From: Octopus vulgaris
Lineage: Eukaryota
Length of the DNA stretch: 64,000 nucleotides
Assembly (NCBI GenBank): GCA_951406725.2
Contig: OX597817.1
Span: forward strand, 39,060,001-39,124,000
Reading direction: 5' to 3'
Shown: piece after piece, positions 1 through 11,700 of the stretch
Layout of the letters: each line of letters begins with the position of its first letter
How positions within the stretch are numbered: the stretch's first letter is position 1
Notes under the pieces: generated by a model
Told to the model about the DNA's origin: nothing
Seen by the model: only the letters and a program-made list of their open reading frames with translations
Databases searched by the model: none
Made by a program: the position numbers and the translations under genes

Positions 1-104
1 ATGTAAGCAATCGAATAAATATGTGCATATACACAGAATTAGATACGGTTGTAACGTCTCGGGTGAAAATATCGGCCTCATAATGAGAGTATATATATAT
101 ATGT

Positions 105-435
105 AATTAATATAATATAATATAAATATATGTATATATACATACGTATATGTACATACCAACATATATATGTATATATACATGCATATATGGGTACAGG
201 ACGTCAACAGACGTAAACAAAATGAGAAACGAGAACATAAAAAGCAAAAGCATAGAAAACGAACTTTTTTTTCGAACAACGAAAGAAACAAATAGAGAAA
301 CGAGACAGGCAACAAAAAGAACATTCCCTTCATCAGTATTCCCCTGTTTTATATATTCCGTGTTTTGAAGGTAGGGACAAGACGTGACTTGGTTAAAACA
401 GTCCTTCTCGCAAAGCAAATTAAATAAAATTTGAG
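105..435. repeat. Unclassified dispersed repeat, second copy at about 26701..26965
   Basis: Shared ATACATGCATATATGGGTACAGGAC...AATGAGAAACGA...TTCCCYTTC(A/T)TCAGT...CCCTGTTT. Confidence 0.7.
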
Positions 436-444
436 ATTTTTTAA

Positions 445-476
<32 letters not shown>

Positions 477-783
477 GTTATGTGGACAATATGTATGCAC
501 GTTATATAATTTCCTTTTGTACCCACCACCCATAAAATTTTTTTTAAATATGGACCCTTTACTCAGTTTATTGTTTTGTTCCTTGTCCGTCCACTAATGG
601 CCTCATCTCGACCTTGTCTTGTTTTGTTGTGTTTCGGTCCCATGCCAGCAAGTTTCTCGCCGGTGGCTCCAGAATTGGGCAAGGAGACAGTAAAACAAAC
701 TGTCTCTCTCTCACAAGGTCTTTTTCAATTTCTATCCAGATCTATTCACAACGCTTTCATTGGTCCTACAATATAGCATAAAA

Positions 784-820
<37 letters not shown>

Positions 821-823
<3 letters not shown>

Positions 824-1100
824 TCATCGTTTAACGTCCATTTTCCATGCTAGCATGGGTTGGACGACTTGACTGAGGACTGGCGAACCAGATAGCTGCA
901 CCAGGCTCCAATCTGATCTGGCAGTTTCTATAGCTGGATGCCCTTCCTAACACCAAGCACTCCGAGTGTAGTGGGTGCTTTTACGTGCCACCGGCATGAG
1001 GGCCAGTCTGACGGTACTGGCAATGACCACGCTCAAATGGTGTTTTTTACATGCCACCTGCAGGAGTCAGTTCAGCAGCACTGGCAACGACCTCACTTGA
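821..1100 (-). mobile_element. RTE 3'-UTR/tail fragment (abundant short repeat)
   Basis: (CAT)n-CGTTTAACGTCC...CCATGCTAGCATGGGTTGG consensus shared with the RTE 3' ends; also at about 3140, 3510, 12922, 52220, 55356 and 55890. Confidence 0.8.
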
Positions 1101-1675
1101 ATATATATATAACCTTCTTTATATATAAATATCTCTATCTGTGTATATATATGTATGTATCTACACATATGCATATGTATTCATATAAACCTATGCATGT
1201 ACATATGTGCATATATGGTTCTAGATGCATGCATGTTTGTTTCCATTTCTTAGAGTGGTGAAATCTGTAAAATGTTATTCTCTTCTTAGAAAAGCAAATA
1301 TTTTGAAAACAAGAGTTCTATGCTTAATTTCATATATATTATTTATATATATATGTATGTGTGTGTGTGTGAAGCTGATAAACTAAATATAATTTATGAT
1401 AAAAATTAGCAGTTTTATTTTGATTAAAACAGCAGTGACTTACAACAGTGCAAAACCATTTTGCCTGCATTTAGTGTCTCTGATCATCTCTTACTCCATT
1501 TGTTGTTTTACTCTTCTTTTCCGAGTGTGATCAAGATACATATTGCATTTTATTATATGTAAGATAGTTACTGTGAAATATTGGATTGTGGAGGCCAGGT
1601 AGTTGATCATGATTTCTGAGTTGGGAATGAAAGTAGATGGTGAACTGATATATTGAACATGTGCACAAGAAATAC

Positions 1676-2133
1676 ATGGTTGAGTCACAAGTTTATTCAT
1701 ATTACGAGCTTTAATTAATAGTTCAAACAAATTACATACAAAAAGCATTAATTCATCAAAATATACCCCATCATAATCTATTGTCTGTTACTATTGTTGT
1801 ACCAGAAGCTCGACTCCATGCTTATACAATTTGGCTGGTTTAGAGGCAAAAAAACTCCCTGCATCTGTTTTCAACCTCCATCCATGCAAGAAATGAGCCA
1901 TGGTTTAGAAAAGGTGGTAATCTATGGTACAAGGTTTGGACTGTAAGCTGAGTGAGGCAGCATTTACAGTCCCTCAAGTTTGTACTTGGTCGTATTGGCT
2001 ATGTGTGCTAGGACATTGTCATTCTGTAGCAAGACATGTGCTAGAACATAGTCAATACAATGTAGCAGGCTTTCAAAGTATCATATACTTGCTGCAGTTG
2101 AGCATTTACAGTATGACTATCTGAGATAAGCTC
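1676..2133 (-). mobile_element. Degenerate mariner transposase C-terminal fragment with probable terminal sequence
   Basis: Minus-strand translation across frameshifts: ELISDSHTVNAQL..LLQNDNVLAH..HSAYSPNLVP/DYHLF..FFASKPAKLYKHGVELL..DGVYFDE*, matching mariner HDNARPH and YSPDLAPxDYHLF motifs; ends at TA|CATGGTTGAGTCAC. Confidence 0.8.
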
Positions 2134-2480
2134 AACCCACTGCCTGGGTAACATTCAACCTATGTTGTATTATCACTTCAAAAATACTGCTTCATCTATT
2201 TCAACAATTCTGCTGGAACCACCATTATTTAATGGATTGTTGAGTAAATCCTTTGCACATGTTTCTCATAATTGTTGTAATCAACAGCTGTGGTGCAGCT
2301 GATTCCTAATTCCTCTTCATAAAAAACAGAATGCCACTCCTAAGGGTGCCCTTTTCCAACCATGTGTTTTTCTGATGCAGACATTACTTATGGCACTTTT
2401 GTACAGCAACAATACATACTTCTGTGGTGTAGTTGCATGCTCATAGCATGTTATTTCTGATACATCTCCTTTGGTAAAAC
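2134..2480 (-). mobile_element. Degenerate Merlin (IS1016/ISXO2-like) transposase fragment
   Basis: Minus-strand EEELGISCTTAVDYNNY..ETCAKDLL..GGSSRIVEIDEAVF..YNIG..LPRQWV matches the Merlin GGxGxxVEIDES..KYxxGR..xxWV motif. Confidence 0.7.
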
Positions 2481-2547
2481 GCTTCTTCCTCTGTCTTCTT
2501 ATTCTCCAACAGACTAACACAACTCACTGCCAAGGAGCTCATGTTAG

Positions 2548-2751
2548 CCCTTTTATTACCAACCCGGCTCTGAGTACAAATGTTTTGTTTTCATAAGTTT
2601 TGAATTAAAATCTTCCTCCAAATCTTAGTTACAATTTATGTTCCTGACACTAGCTGAATGATAACTAAATTATTTTATTAAATTCTTTGTTATATTTTAA
2701 GTAATTGAAAGAAACACAGAGCATCTAAAAATAATTACAGTAACAAAAGGG
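2548..2751 (+). mobile_element. piggyBac-type MITE, family 1
   Basis: CCCTTT...AAAGGG termini with TTAG/TTAA flanks; near-identical to 10463..10682. Confidence 0.8.
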
Positions 2752-4149
2752 TTAAAGCAAAAGAAAATCAGACTTGTGTTTAAGACAAATCCTATTTGCT
2801 GCACTCAGACTGGAAATATATAACAGTAAAATGCTATTCCCATAGAAACAGACAATTGTGACTTCTGGTACAGCAGTAATAGAGGCTTCCAATTGTTAAA
2901 ATGATAACTTTGAAAGCTTGCAACTTTTTTATTGTTACTTTCTAGAGAAAATGAACATGATTTTTGTCATCAGCAGGTAAAACTACATCAGTGTAGGAAA
3001 TTTGAAAAAGCTTCTTGGGGATTAGAAAAAAATTTAACAGATCCCAAGACCACAATATTTCATTATATAGCTTCTGTTCTAAGAGAGTAATGGTGCATAC
3101 TGCAGAGAATTTATTTCAAATAGATTTGGATCCCCACCTCATCATCATCAACATCTGTTTTCTATGCTGGCATGGGCTGGACGGTTTGACTGGCAGGCCA
3201 GTAGGCTGCAACAGGCTCCAATCTGATCCTCCCTCATCTAACTATTGGAGATTTTCTGTGAAAGCAAACAAATCTATATTGAATACCCAAATGTTAGCAT
3301 TTCATCACCCTTCCATTACAAACCATTCTTTTAAGAAAGAATTTTATTTGTTACCATTTCAACATCAAGTGTCTCCCCCATCACGCCTGTTATAACCTTT
3401 TTAATATCAGCATCAGAAATCTCTATGGATTCGAAGAATATTCATTAATAATAGAGAACGTTGTTACTGCAACTGTTTTGTAAATTAAAAATCAAAGGGT
3501 GTGTGTGTGTGAAGGGCATCCAGTTGTAAAAACCATGCCAATATAGACACTGAAGCCTGTGAGGTCTTCTACTTAGCCAGCTCCTATCGAACAGTCCAAC
3601 CCATGCCAGCATGGAAAGTGGACATTAAATGATGATGATGAAAACACACACACACACGTAATTGCAGTTGTGACTGCATGGGAAAAACTTTGCATTGCAT
3701 CCAAATGGCTTTGGGTTCAGTTTCCTAATATTTTCTCTCTTCTTTAGTCATTCTTCAAATACTGTTTTTTCACATTGGCACAATGCTACAAACTTGTTCT
3801 GAAATACTATGATAATCAATAAAACTACAAAAGTAAACCTTTATAGATTTGTATCTGAATTTTATAACTGAATTCGTTGTTTCCATTAATTAATGTTCAC
3901 ATTGTATTTTATATTCATAAGTACATCCATCTAGCTATTGATGTTTAACCAATGTTTTGACAACTTTAGGCTTAATTTTGTGATGGAGCAGTTATATTTT
4001 TTTCTTGAAACAAAGTAAATGTTGGATCAACTCAAGTAAGACATAATATTACTATAGTTGAGGTTGTAAGTGCTTTTTGTTTTACTGATTTGCAAACCTT
4101 GCAAATTAACTTTGAGGAAATTACAAAAAAAATTTAAGGAAATAGAATG

Positions 4150-4155
4150 TTTATT
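4150..4155 (-). terminator. Candidate ZW10 polyadenylation signal (AATAAA)
   Basis: TTTATT on plus strand with a U-rich tract about 20-30 nt downstream on the minus strand; another AATAAA at 4488..4493. Confidence 0.3.
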
Positions 4156-5370
4156 CCACAGCAAATAACAAGAAGTCAATTGGATATAAACAATTTTTTA
4201 TACTATTTATAGAAAAAAAGTCAGCAAGGATAAATATAAAAAAAATTTGTATTTATATATATATTTTTATATAAAATGTTTCTGTTAATGTACAAACTGT
4301 AGAATTAATATGGGAAGAAATTTTGTATGCATTTGTGAGAAATACTGTCAGAGGAGAGAGAGAGATAGAGACTGTGTGAGAAGATATGAAAGTGCTTATG
4401 CATAAATAAAATAAAAACCAAATGTAAGAGAGGCTAAAATATATTAAAACTGAAAAGTCACCCAATTTTCCAGAAATCAAATTAGCCTTTATTTAATAAT
4501 GAAGTCCATTATCATATGAATGGATGCAATATCTGCTTTAGATAAGGAAGAGAGTATTCAATTTACATCTGCAAAGGTTAATATAGACAAGCAGATTGAA
4601 AGAGAAATACATGTACATAATATAAAACAGGCCTAGTAGACATGTAGCACCACTGAGACTCTGTATGTAGCCTGTGAAAAATGTATAAATGATATAAGCA
4701 AGCTAAGGAATAACCCCACAAAATGTTCCTCCTCTTAATCTATAATTAGTTTATTGAACCCATTTGATGCCATCCTATCCAAAACTCCCTGGTTCTATGA
4801 TACAAATTTCCTGTTTTAAAGTGATATAAATTTAAACTTCCCCTCAATATTCCAGTGTTAAATTATGTTCCAAACACCAGCTTAATAACAGTTATTTTTT
4901 TCAAAAAATTCAATATTTTAAAAATTAAATGAAATAAAGGCAGTGTATTTCAACAGAAATATGGTCACAAAAGGCTCGAGTTGAAAATCTATTGCATCTC
5001 ACAGCACTTTCCCCACTAAATACAGCCAATACTATTTTCTGAGGTGTGCAAGCCAGACATTGCAAGTCAAGACAACAAAAAAACAATGTGTTGTTGTTTA
5101 GATCCAGGTTAAGCAGACCTACAATCAAAAGCATTTCTTGCTGTGATCATCCCTTCATTTTCTGACAGAATGTATGTAGTGTTTGTGTGTGTATGGAGAG
5201 AGAGAAAGAAAGAGGGATAGCAAACAGATATGACAGACAAAATATGTTAGGAAGGATGAAAGTCACAGGTGAAAATCTTCAGAGAAGTTGAGTAAAATGT
5301 GACATGTAACTAACAGAAGTTTGCAAGTCCCATACTTTTAAAGCTACAGTTGTTATAATTAACTAAGGAA

Positions 5371-5753
5371 CTATAACCGAGCTAACACAGCAGCTCGTCT
5401 GTCAGTATTTTGAAATAGAGCTTGAATCAACAGTTTCATTTCATTACTTGAAAACTCATGTGCTAAAACGCCTTTGCCATCAGCCCACCGGTCAGAAATT
5501 TCTTGTAAATTGGCATTAAGAACAAAAATGAGTTCTTTAAACTTTATCCAGCTAGGAATGTTCCGTTGTAACTGAATTTTGACATGAGCATTGTTACTTG
5601 AATCATCATTATGTTTCGTACAAAACAATGGTTCAGCTTTCTCATTCAAAAGACAAAGCAGTTGATGCAGGTGACTGGCTTCTTCTGCACTTATGTCCAC
5701 TAAATTTATGATGCTGCTAATCATTTCCACCAAGACACAGTTTATAAGTGCAC
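5371..5753 (-). CDS. ZW10: ZW10 last coding exon
   Basis: tttatag acceptor; ends ...FQNTDRRAAVLARL then TAG at 5373..5371. Confidence 0.95.
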
Positions 5754-8700
5754 CTATAAATGGGGATAAAAAAAAAATTCTTATATTTAAAATTAGAAAA
5801 AATAAAGGAACAAATTTGGAAGTTAAAAAAATCAAAATGTTAAGAACTAAATTATAAGATAGCACATCAGAAAGACAGGAATAAATAAGTAAATAATATT
5901 ACAAACCCATAGCTTTGAAGTAGATATTAGGAGGAAGAATGTCTTCCCATACTGTTTTTAGGTGGTTCAGCTTGTAGACAACTTGCTTAATAGAGCGCTC
6001 AGCAGAAAAACGGTTTCTTTCGTCAGAAATGGAAACAAATCCTAGAATTTGAAAACATCCAGAGATATAAAGGAGAAAAAGGAAATATCAAAAGAATCAT
6101 ACAAAAGTGACATTAAGTATTCCCCACTTCTGATCATTATTATTAAATCAATGACTAGTGTTTGTGTGTGACACTGCAAAAGAAACTGCATAAAAATACA
6201 TTAGTCTGGTTGTGTGGTGAGAAGCTTGCTTTCCAATCACATGGTTCAGTGCCACAGCATGGCACCTGGGCAAATACCTTCTACCATAGCCTCAGATCAA
6301 CTAAAGCTGTGTGAGTGGATTTGGTGGATAGAAACTGAAAGAAGCCTGTTGTGTATGTATACATATGTGTGTGTCTGTCCCACCACCACTTGACAACCAG
6401 TGTTGGTGTGTTTATGTCCCAGTAACATAGAGGTTTGTTAAAAAGAAAATGATAGAATAAGTACTAGTCTTTTAAAACAAAAAGTACTGGAGTCTATATA
6501 TTTGGCTAAAAATTCTTGAAGACAGCACCCCAGCATAACCACAGTCTAAAGACAAATATAAAAGAAGTTGATTCAAAGATCTTGCTGATTCTACCTGAGA
6601 ATTATGTTAAGGGAGTATACATGTCTGCAGAATACTCAGCAGAAAACTCATGGTTGGAAATTCTAAAACAGATCCGTTTTATAATTTATATATATATTTA
6701 TACAGATACATACATTGATTAAAAGAAAAATAAGAAGAAAAGAAAACATCAGAAAATGTTCATATAAATTTATAAAAACTTTACCTGCAGCAGAGCTAAG
6801 GCATTCAAGAATATCCTTTCTTTGTGTTGCCATTTGTTGCAACAAATCCCCTGTTCCAATTGAACGGATTTTCTGAATTAGGTCCATGAATGTACCTGCA
6901 CCCTCACACAGTGGAGGTGGTAGCATACGATTGAATTGAGGCCCAAGGAGCATAAGATGATGAGCTATGTACATACAATTGTTGTAGTGGATGGCTGCAA
7001 TATAACAAAATATTTAAAAAGTTTAGGATTCAAATACACAAAATATCATCAACTTTCTAAAATGAAGCAATGTTCTGTTACACATTGTGTCAATTTTAAT
7101 GCTACACCAGTGAAAGTTAGGTAAATATTTATCTTAGGTGTGGGAAACTGCCATTCAAGCAACATTATTAATTATTGTTTTTCATACGAGATGAAGCTTA
7201 AGAATTTTAGAGGATGAGATATAGAATGTGACAACATACTTTCTCAAGGATAATGGCAATATAAAGGAAATTAAACAATACCAATTGAAAATGAATGTCA
7301 GGACTCAGATTGTTTGCTGGAAACTTACTAATATATTGCATCCTCACTATTAAAATAATGATGATAGCAAGTGAGAAATATAATTATAAACTGATTTCTT
7401 CTTTTGTATAAAAGGTAAACTCAAGGTATCACATGAAGTGTGGTGCCAAACAAGTTGGTGAGTGCAGAGGAAATAGAATGATGAGAATGGATTGAGCCAA
7501 GTATTCATGTGCAAAATAAATTTATAAGGAAATAAAGGATAAAAAAAAAAAGAACTGATTATAAGTGGCTTGAGCAAGTAGCTGGGTATCAGAAGCATTT
7601 TGCATTGTATGTAGGAGAAACAATTGCATAATTTAGATGCTGAGGTGAAAATTACAATGAATTTTTGGTGTAGAGAGTACCTGTGGCATAAGAAATGCTT
7701 GAGAGACAAGAAGACGCTGGATTGAGATGTTGCATTGCAGATCCTATCAATCCATGCCAGTATGGAAAAGAGATATCGAAATATTAATGACACAGATGTA
7801 ACTATTGTTGTCTATTTATCAACATGAGATGGTATGGTAAATTACTAAACTAATAGTTGCTTTCTAAGATAGTTAAATATATCACTACCAAATAGTTTAT
7901 ATTTCTAACTTCTAGTAAAGGACTAAGTGAAAAGATACAAACTAATAACACTTCATTAGAGACACCTGTGTCTTTCTTAATAATATTATTGAAACCTCTC
8001 CCTCATCACTTATTTTCTTTTCTGCAGACACAGAATCAGTGCAGGGTTACTCTTAATAAATCCAGAAGAACCCAGACTAGAACACACTGAATCAAGCATG
8101 TGTACTTCCTTTAGAATCTCATTCTAATTGGATATACCAAATCACTGGTCAACAAACTGTATAGAACTTATCCTGACCACTGTACTCTACAATCCTGTAT
8201 ATGATGGAATGCGAAATACAATTGCAAACAAAACAGAAGTGCAGTTTATCCAATGTGCAGGACCTGTGAACTGTTCTGAAATGATTGATTAGTTACCTCT
8301 ATGTGACTGAGTCCAATAGATTAAGGCTGAGGTAAGACTAGTCAAAAACTAAAGCATTGCTACACACACAGTTTTATGAGTGTATGGTTTAAGAATTCAT
8401 CAGGCATCTAAACTATATTTTTGATTAATTGACTTACAATATGAAGAGAATAGAAGTGGATAGAACAATTTATGTACTCATGATTTCATAGATGTGTACA
8501 CACACACACACACAGACAGTCAGAATTTAATTACATATTCAAAGTTTGAACAGAGAAGTGTTACTTCAAATACTAGCAGTATAAATGAAAGAACTCAACA
8601 CAGAAAATGGAAACCAAAAAGAAATCTAAAAGCTATTATTTCATTCAGGTGTTAAGAAATATTTAGCTTCTACTGAATCTATTTATAGATTTTCCACACA

Positions 8701-11700
8701 TTACCACTTACTGTCAATAACAGATCTGTCCCTCTTTTTCTCCCACTACCATTGTTTTCAATACTTGATTGAAGTTTCATGGCATATGTCCTCTTATTAT
8801 TCTTTTTATTATTGTTATTGCACTTAGTGACAAAAAAAAATTCCTGTATGTTCACTGAAGTCTATAACTCAGTGTCTGCACAGATTCTGGAAACATTTGA
8901 TAGTATATATGGTGCTACTTGCTAGTATGTATGCAGATTGCTTTTGTGATGATACTGTGTTTGAAAACAATGTCTGGCATGTATCTATATCTAATTTATA
9001 ATCGCAAAGCAATGGACCTTCAAAACCACCCTCTATAAGACCATCACTGTCTCTGAACATAACTGGCTGTTCAAGTGTTTAATCACATTTACACTCTTCC
9101 ATACCTCCCCATCTCTACTGCACTTTAAGTCAAATGACTAGTCAGAGCTCTGACAGTTCTATGCTAACTACTTTATTCCTGCCAACACCTATTCTTCATC
9201 CCTGAATGATCAGAAACAGTTAGGCATGTCTTGGGAATGTCTCTCCACATCTTACATGCAACCAAAACTCACAGACCTAAATGATTCATTCATAACTGTG
9301 TTGTACAATAAAAAACACTTTTTAAATTAAATTTTTGATGGTCTACCAAAATCAAATGCTTTTTAGAAATGCAGATCAATTAGTTCTCAGTAGAAATATG
9401 AAAATATCAAGTACCCAAACAAATATCTTTGTTTATTTCCGGGTTCTTAATATTGTGATCTTTCAAACATCCTTTCAATTCTATGAGACAATATGTAAAC
9501 TTCTATGAAACAGTAAGATATGATTGAGATAAGCAATACTTTACTAAAAATAATGCACCCTTGAGCCAACACCATGACATAGATTCAAACCCTACATTTA
9601 TTGCAGTTCTAACTGGCACCATCATCTATGTGATCTCACTGTTATTTTTTTCATCCATTAGTTCTAAAAGACTGTAAGGAAAATGTAAAAATGATTCCTA
9701 CCAGTTAATTGTGGTAAAGTGGTCAAACGTTGTTTGTGGTAAGTAGGAAAAACACAACAAAATATCTCAAACATATTTCGCACAGCATAAAACATCTTAA
9801 TGGCACATGGAGCAGAACTGGATACAGCTTCTGTGAGGGTTTCATAGGATAATGTTATTAGCTTCACAACAGATTCACTACAAAAAACAAAATATAGACA
9901 TATTAGTAAAAGAAAGAAATCTTTTAAAGAATAACAAATACATAAAACTTTGTCTATATATTAAGTAGATTCAGAAACATTTTATACATTCAAAAGTTTA
10001 CAAATTAATCCTTTAAATAACAGATTCTCAATAATTACAGCAGCTTTGTTTGAAATTAATGTTTACACTAAGCTATTGATGTTAATATTTATAATTCTAA
10101 TTTGGTCTTAACCATTTAGCATGTAAACACGCCACATCTAGCCCAAATGTTCAATCAGATTTACATTCAAACCAGCTATCTCTAGTCTATCACACCTATC
10201 CTACAATGTCATTCTAAAAATAAACAATCATATCATCAGAATCTCAAAGCTAAGAGATAATGCTTGATTAATTGAAAACTGAATATGTAAGGATTACATT
10301 TGACAGAATAATCTGAATGCTAAAGGGTTAAATATTCATATTTGTTGATGTATCTTTTAAGATATAGCAAACAGATTTCAAATATATAATTACCAAAGTT
10401 AATGTAACAATAATGGAATAGTTTAACAAAAAATATCCAGGCCAAAGTGCTTCCAAGATTAACCCTTTCATTACCAACCCGGCTGAAACTGGCTCTGGTT
10501 TTAAATACAAATGTCTTGTTTTCATAAGTTTTCAATTAAAATCTTCCACCAAACCTTAGTCACAATTTATGTTCCTAACACTAGCTGAATGATAACTAAG
10601 TTATTTTACTAAGTTCTTTGTTATATTTAAAGTAATTGAAAGAAACACAGAGCATCTCAAATTAAATACAGTAAAGAAAGGGTTAATGTTTATTTTAATA
10701 TATGAATCTTATGGAATGATAATGGCTCACTTACCCTCACTAACCCAAAGAAGAAAGAGGTAAAGAAGTGTTGTTACGAGAGGTTGCTGAATGAGGAGAA
10801 TGCATAAGAGACTTCACCAGGTACAAATAGTGGACAGCTACTAAAATAATTGACAGCAATATGGTCAAGAGCTCAACTAAGGATACAGAATAAAGAAAAC
10901 AGCTGAACCAACAGGGATAATCACTGGTATACACCACTGCCTCTTTATTATCATTTTGAATATAGGGGATGTATAAAAGTTGGAAAGATATCAAGCAAGT
11001 ATGTTCTACTTGATGTGTTATGTTAGTGCTCATAAATAGCAAAGCACAAATGAGCTGAAAGAAAAACCGAGTATAAGAGGTATTACACACAGTGTGCAAG
11101 AGGAAAGACTGTGCTGGAATAGACATGAGATACTATGGAGAATTAAAACTGGGTAAAGAGGATCCAAGTGATCAAGTGAAAGGAATTTGTGGAAGAAGTA
11201 TATAGCTATTTGGTAACAAGACGTATAAAACACCAATTAGTTTATAGAGTGTACTGGGTGCTTTTTACATGGCACCAGTAGGGGTGCTTCTCACATGGCA
11301 TTAGCATGGGCGATGTACATATAATTTTAACTTGGATGAGCTGTGTGAACACCACAAACTGCAGTAATCATTCTGAGAGATCATCTTATATTGACGAATA
11401 ATGCTAAAAAAATCAGATTGTATCAGCAGATGAAACTTCATCAGCACCAGTGTTAGGACTATTGTATTGCGATTTCATGCCATCACGCTATTGAAAATAC
11501 ATGCGTGCAAATGGTTAGTGTGTTTCGCTAGTGAAAATATGCTATTGTATTTTTATGCCATCAGCAATAGACACCTAAATACGGAATGCTGGGCCGAAAT
11601 CTCATCAAACTAATATAGTTTAACACTGACTAAATAGTCAGTGATATCACAAAAAGCTGACAGGCATTATATAAATAAGCTATTAGCAATGGAAGCAGTA

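Noticed and set aside
45-90. Hammerhead-like words on the minus strand (TTATGAGGCC..CCCGAGACG)
   Set aside because: Both core boxes are mismatched and stem II is poor
107-529. 140-aa ORF, and the similar 163-aa ORF at 26665..27156
   Set aside because: Translations of a TA-rich dispersed repeat; low complexity, no domain or splice support
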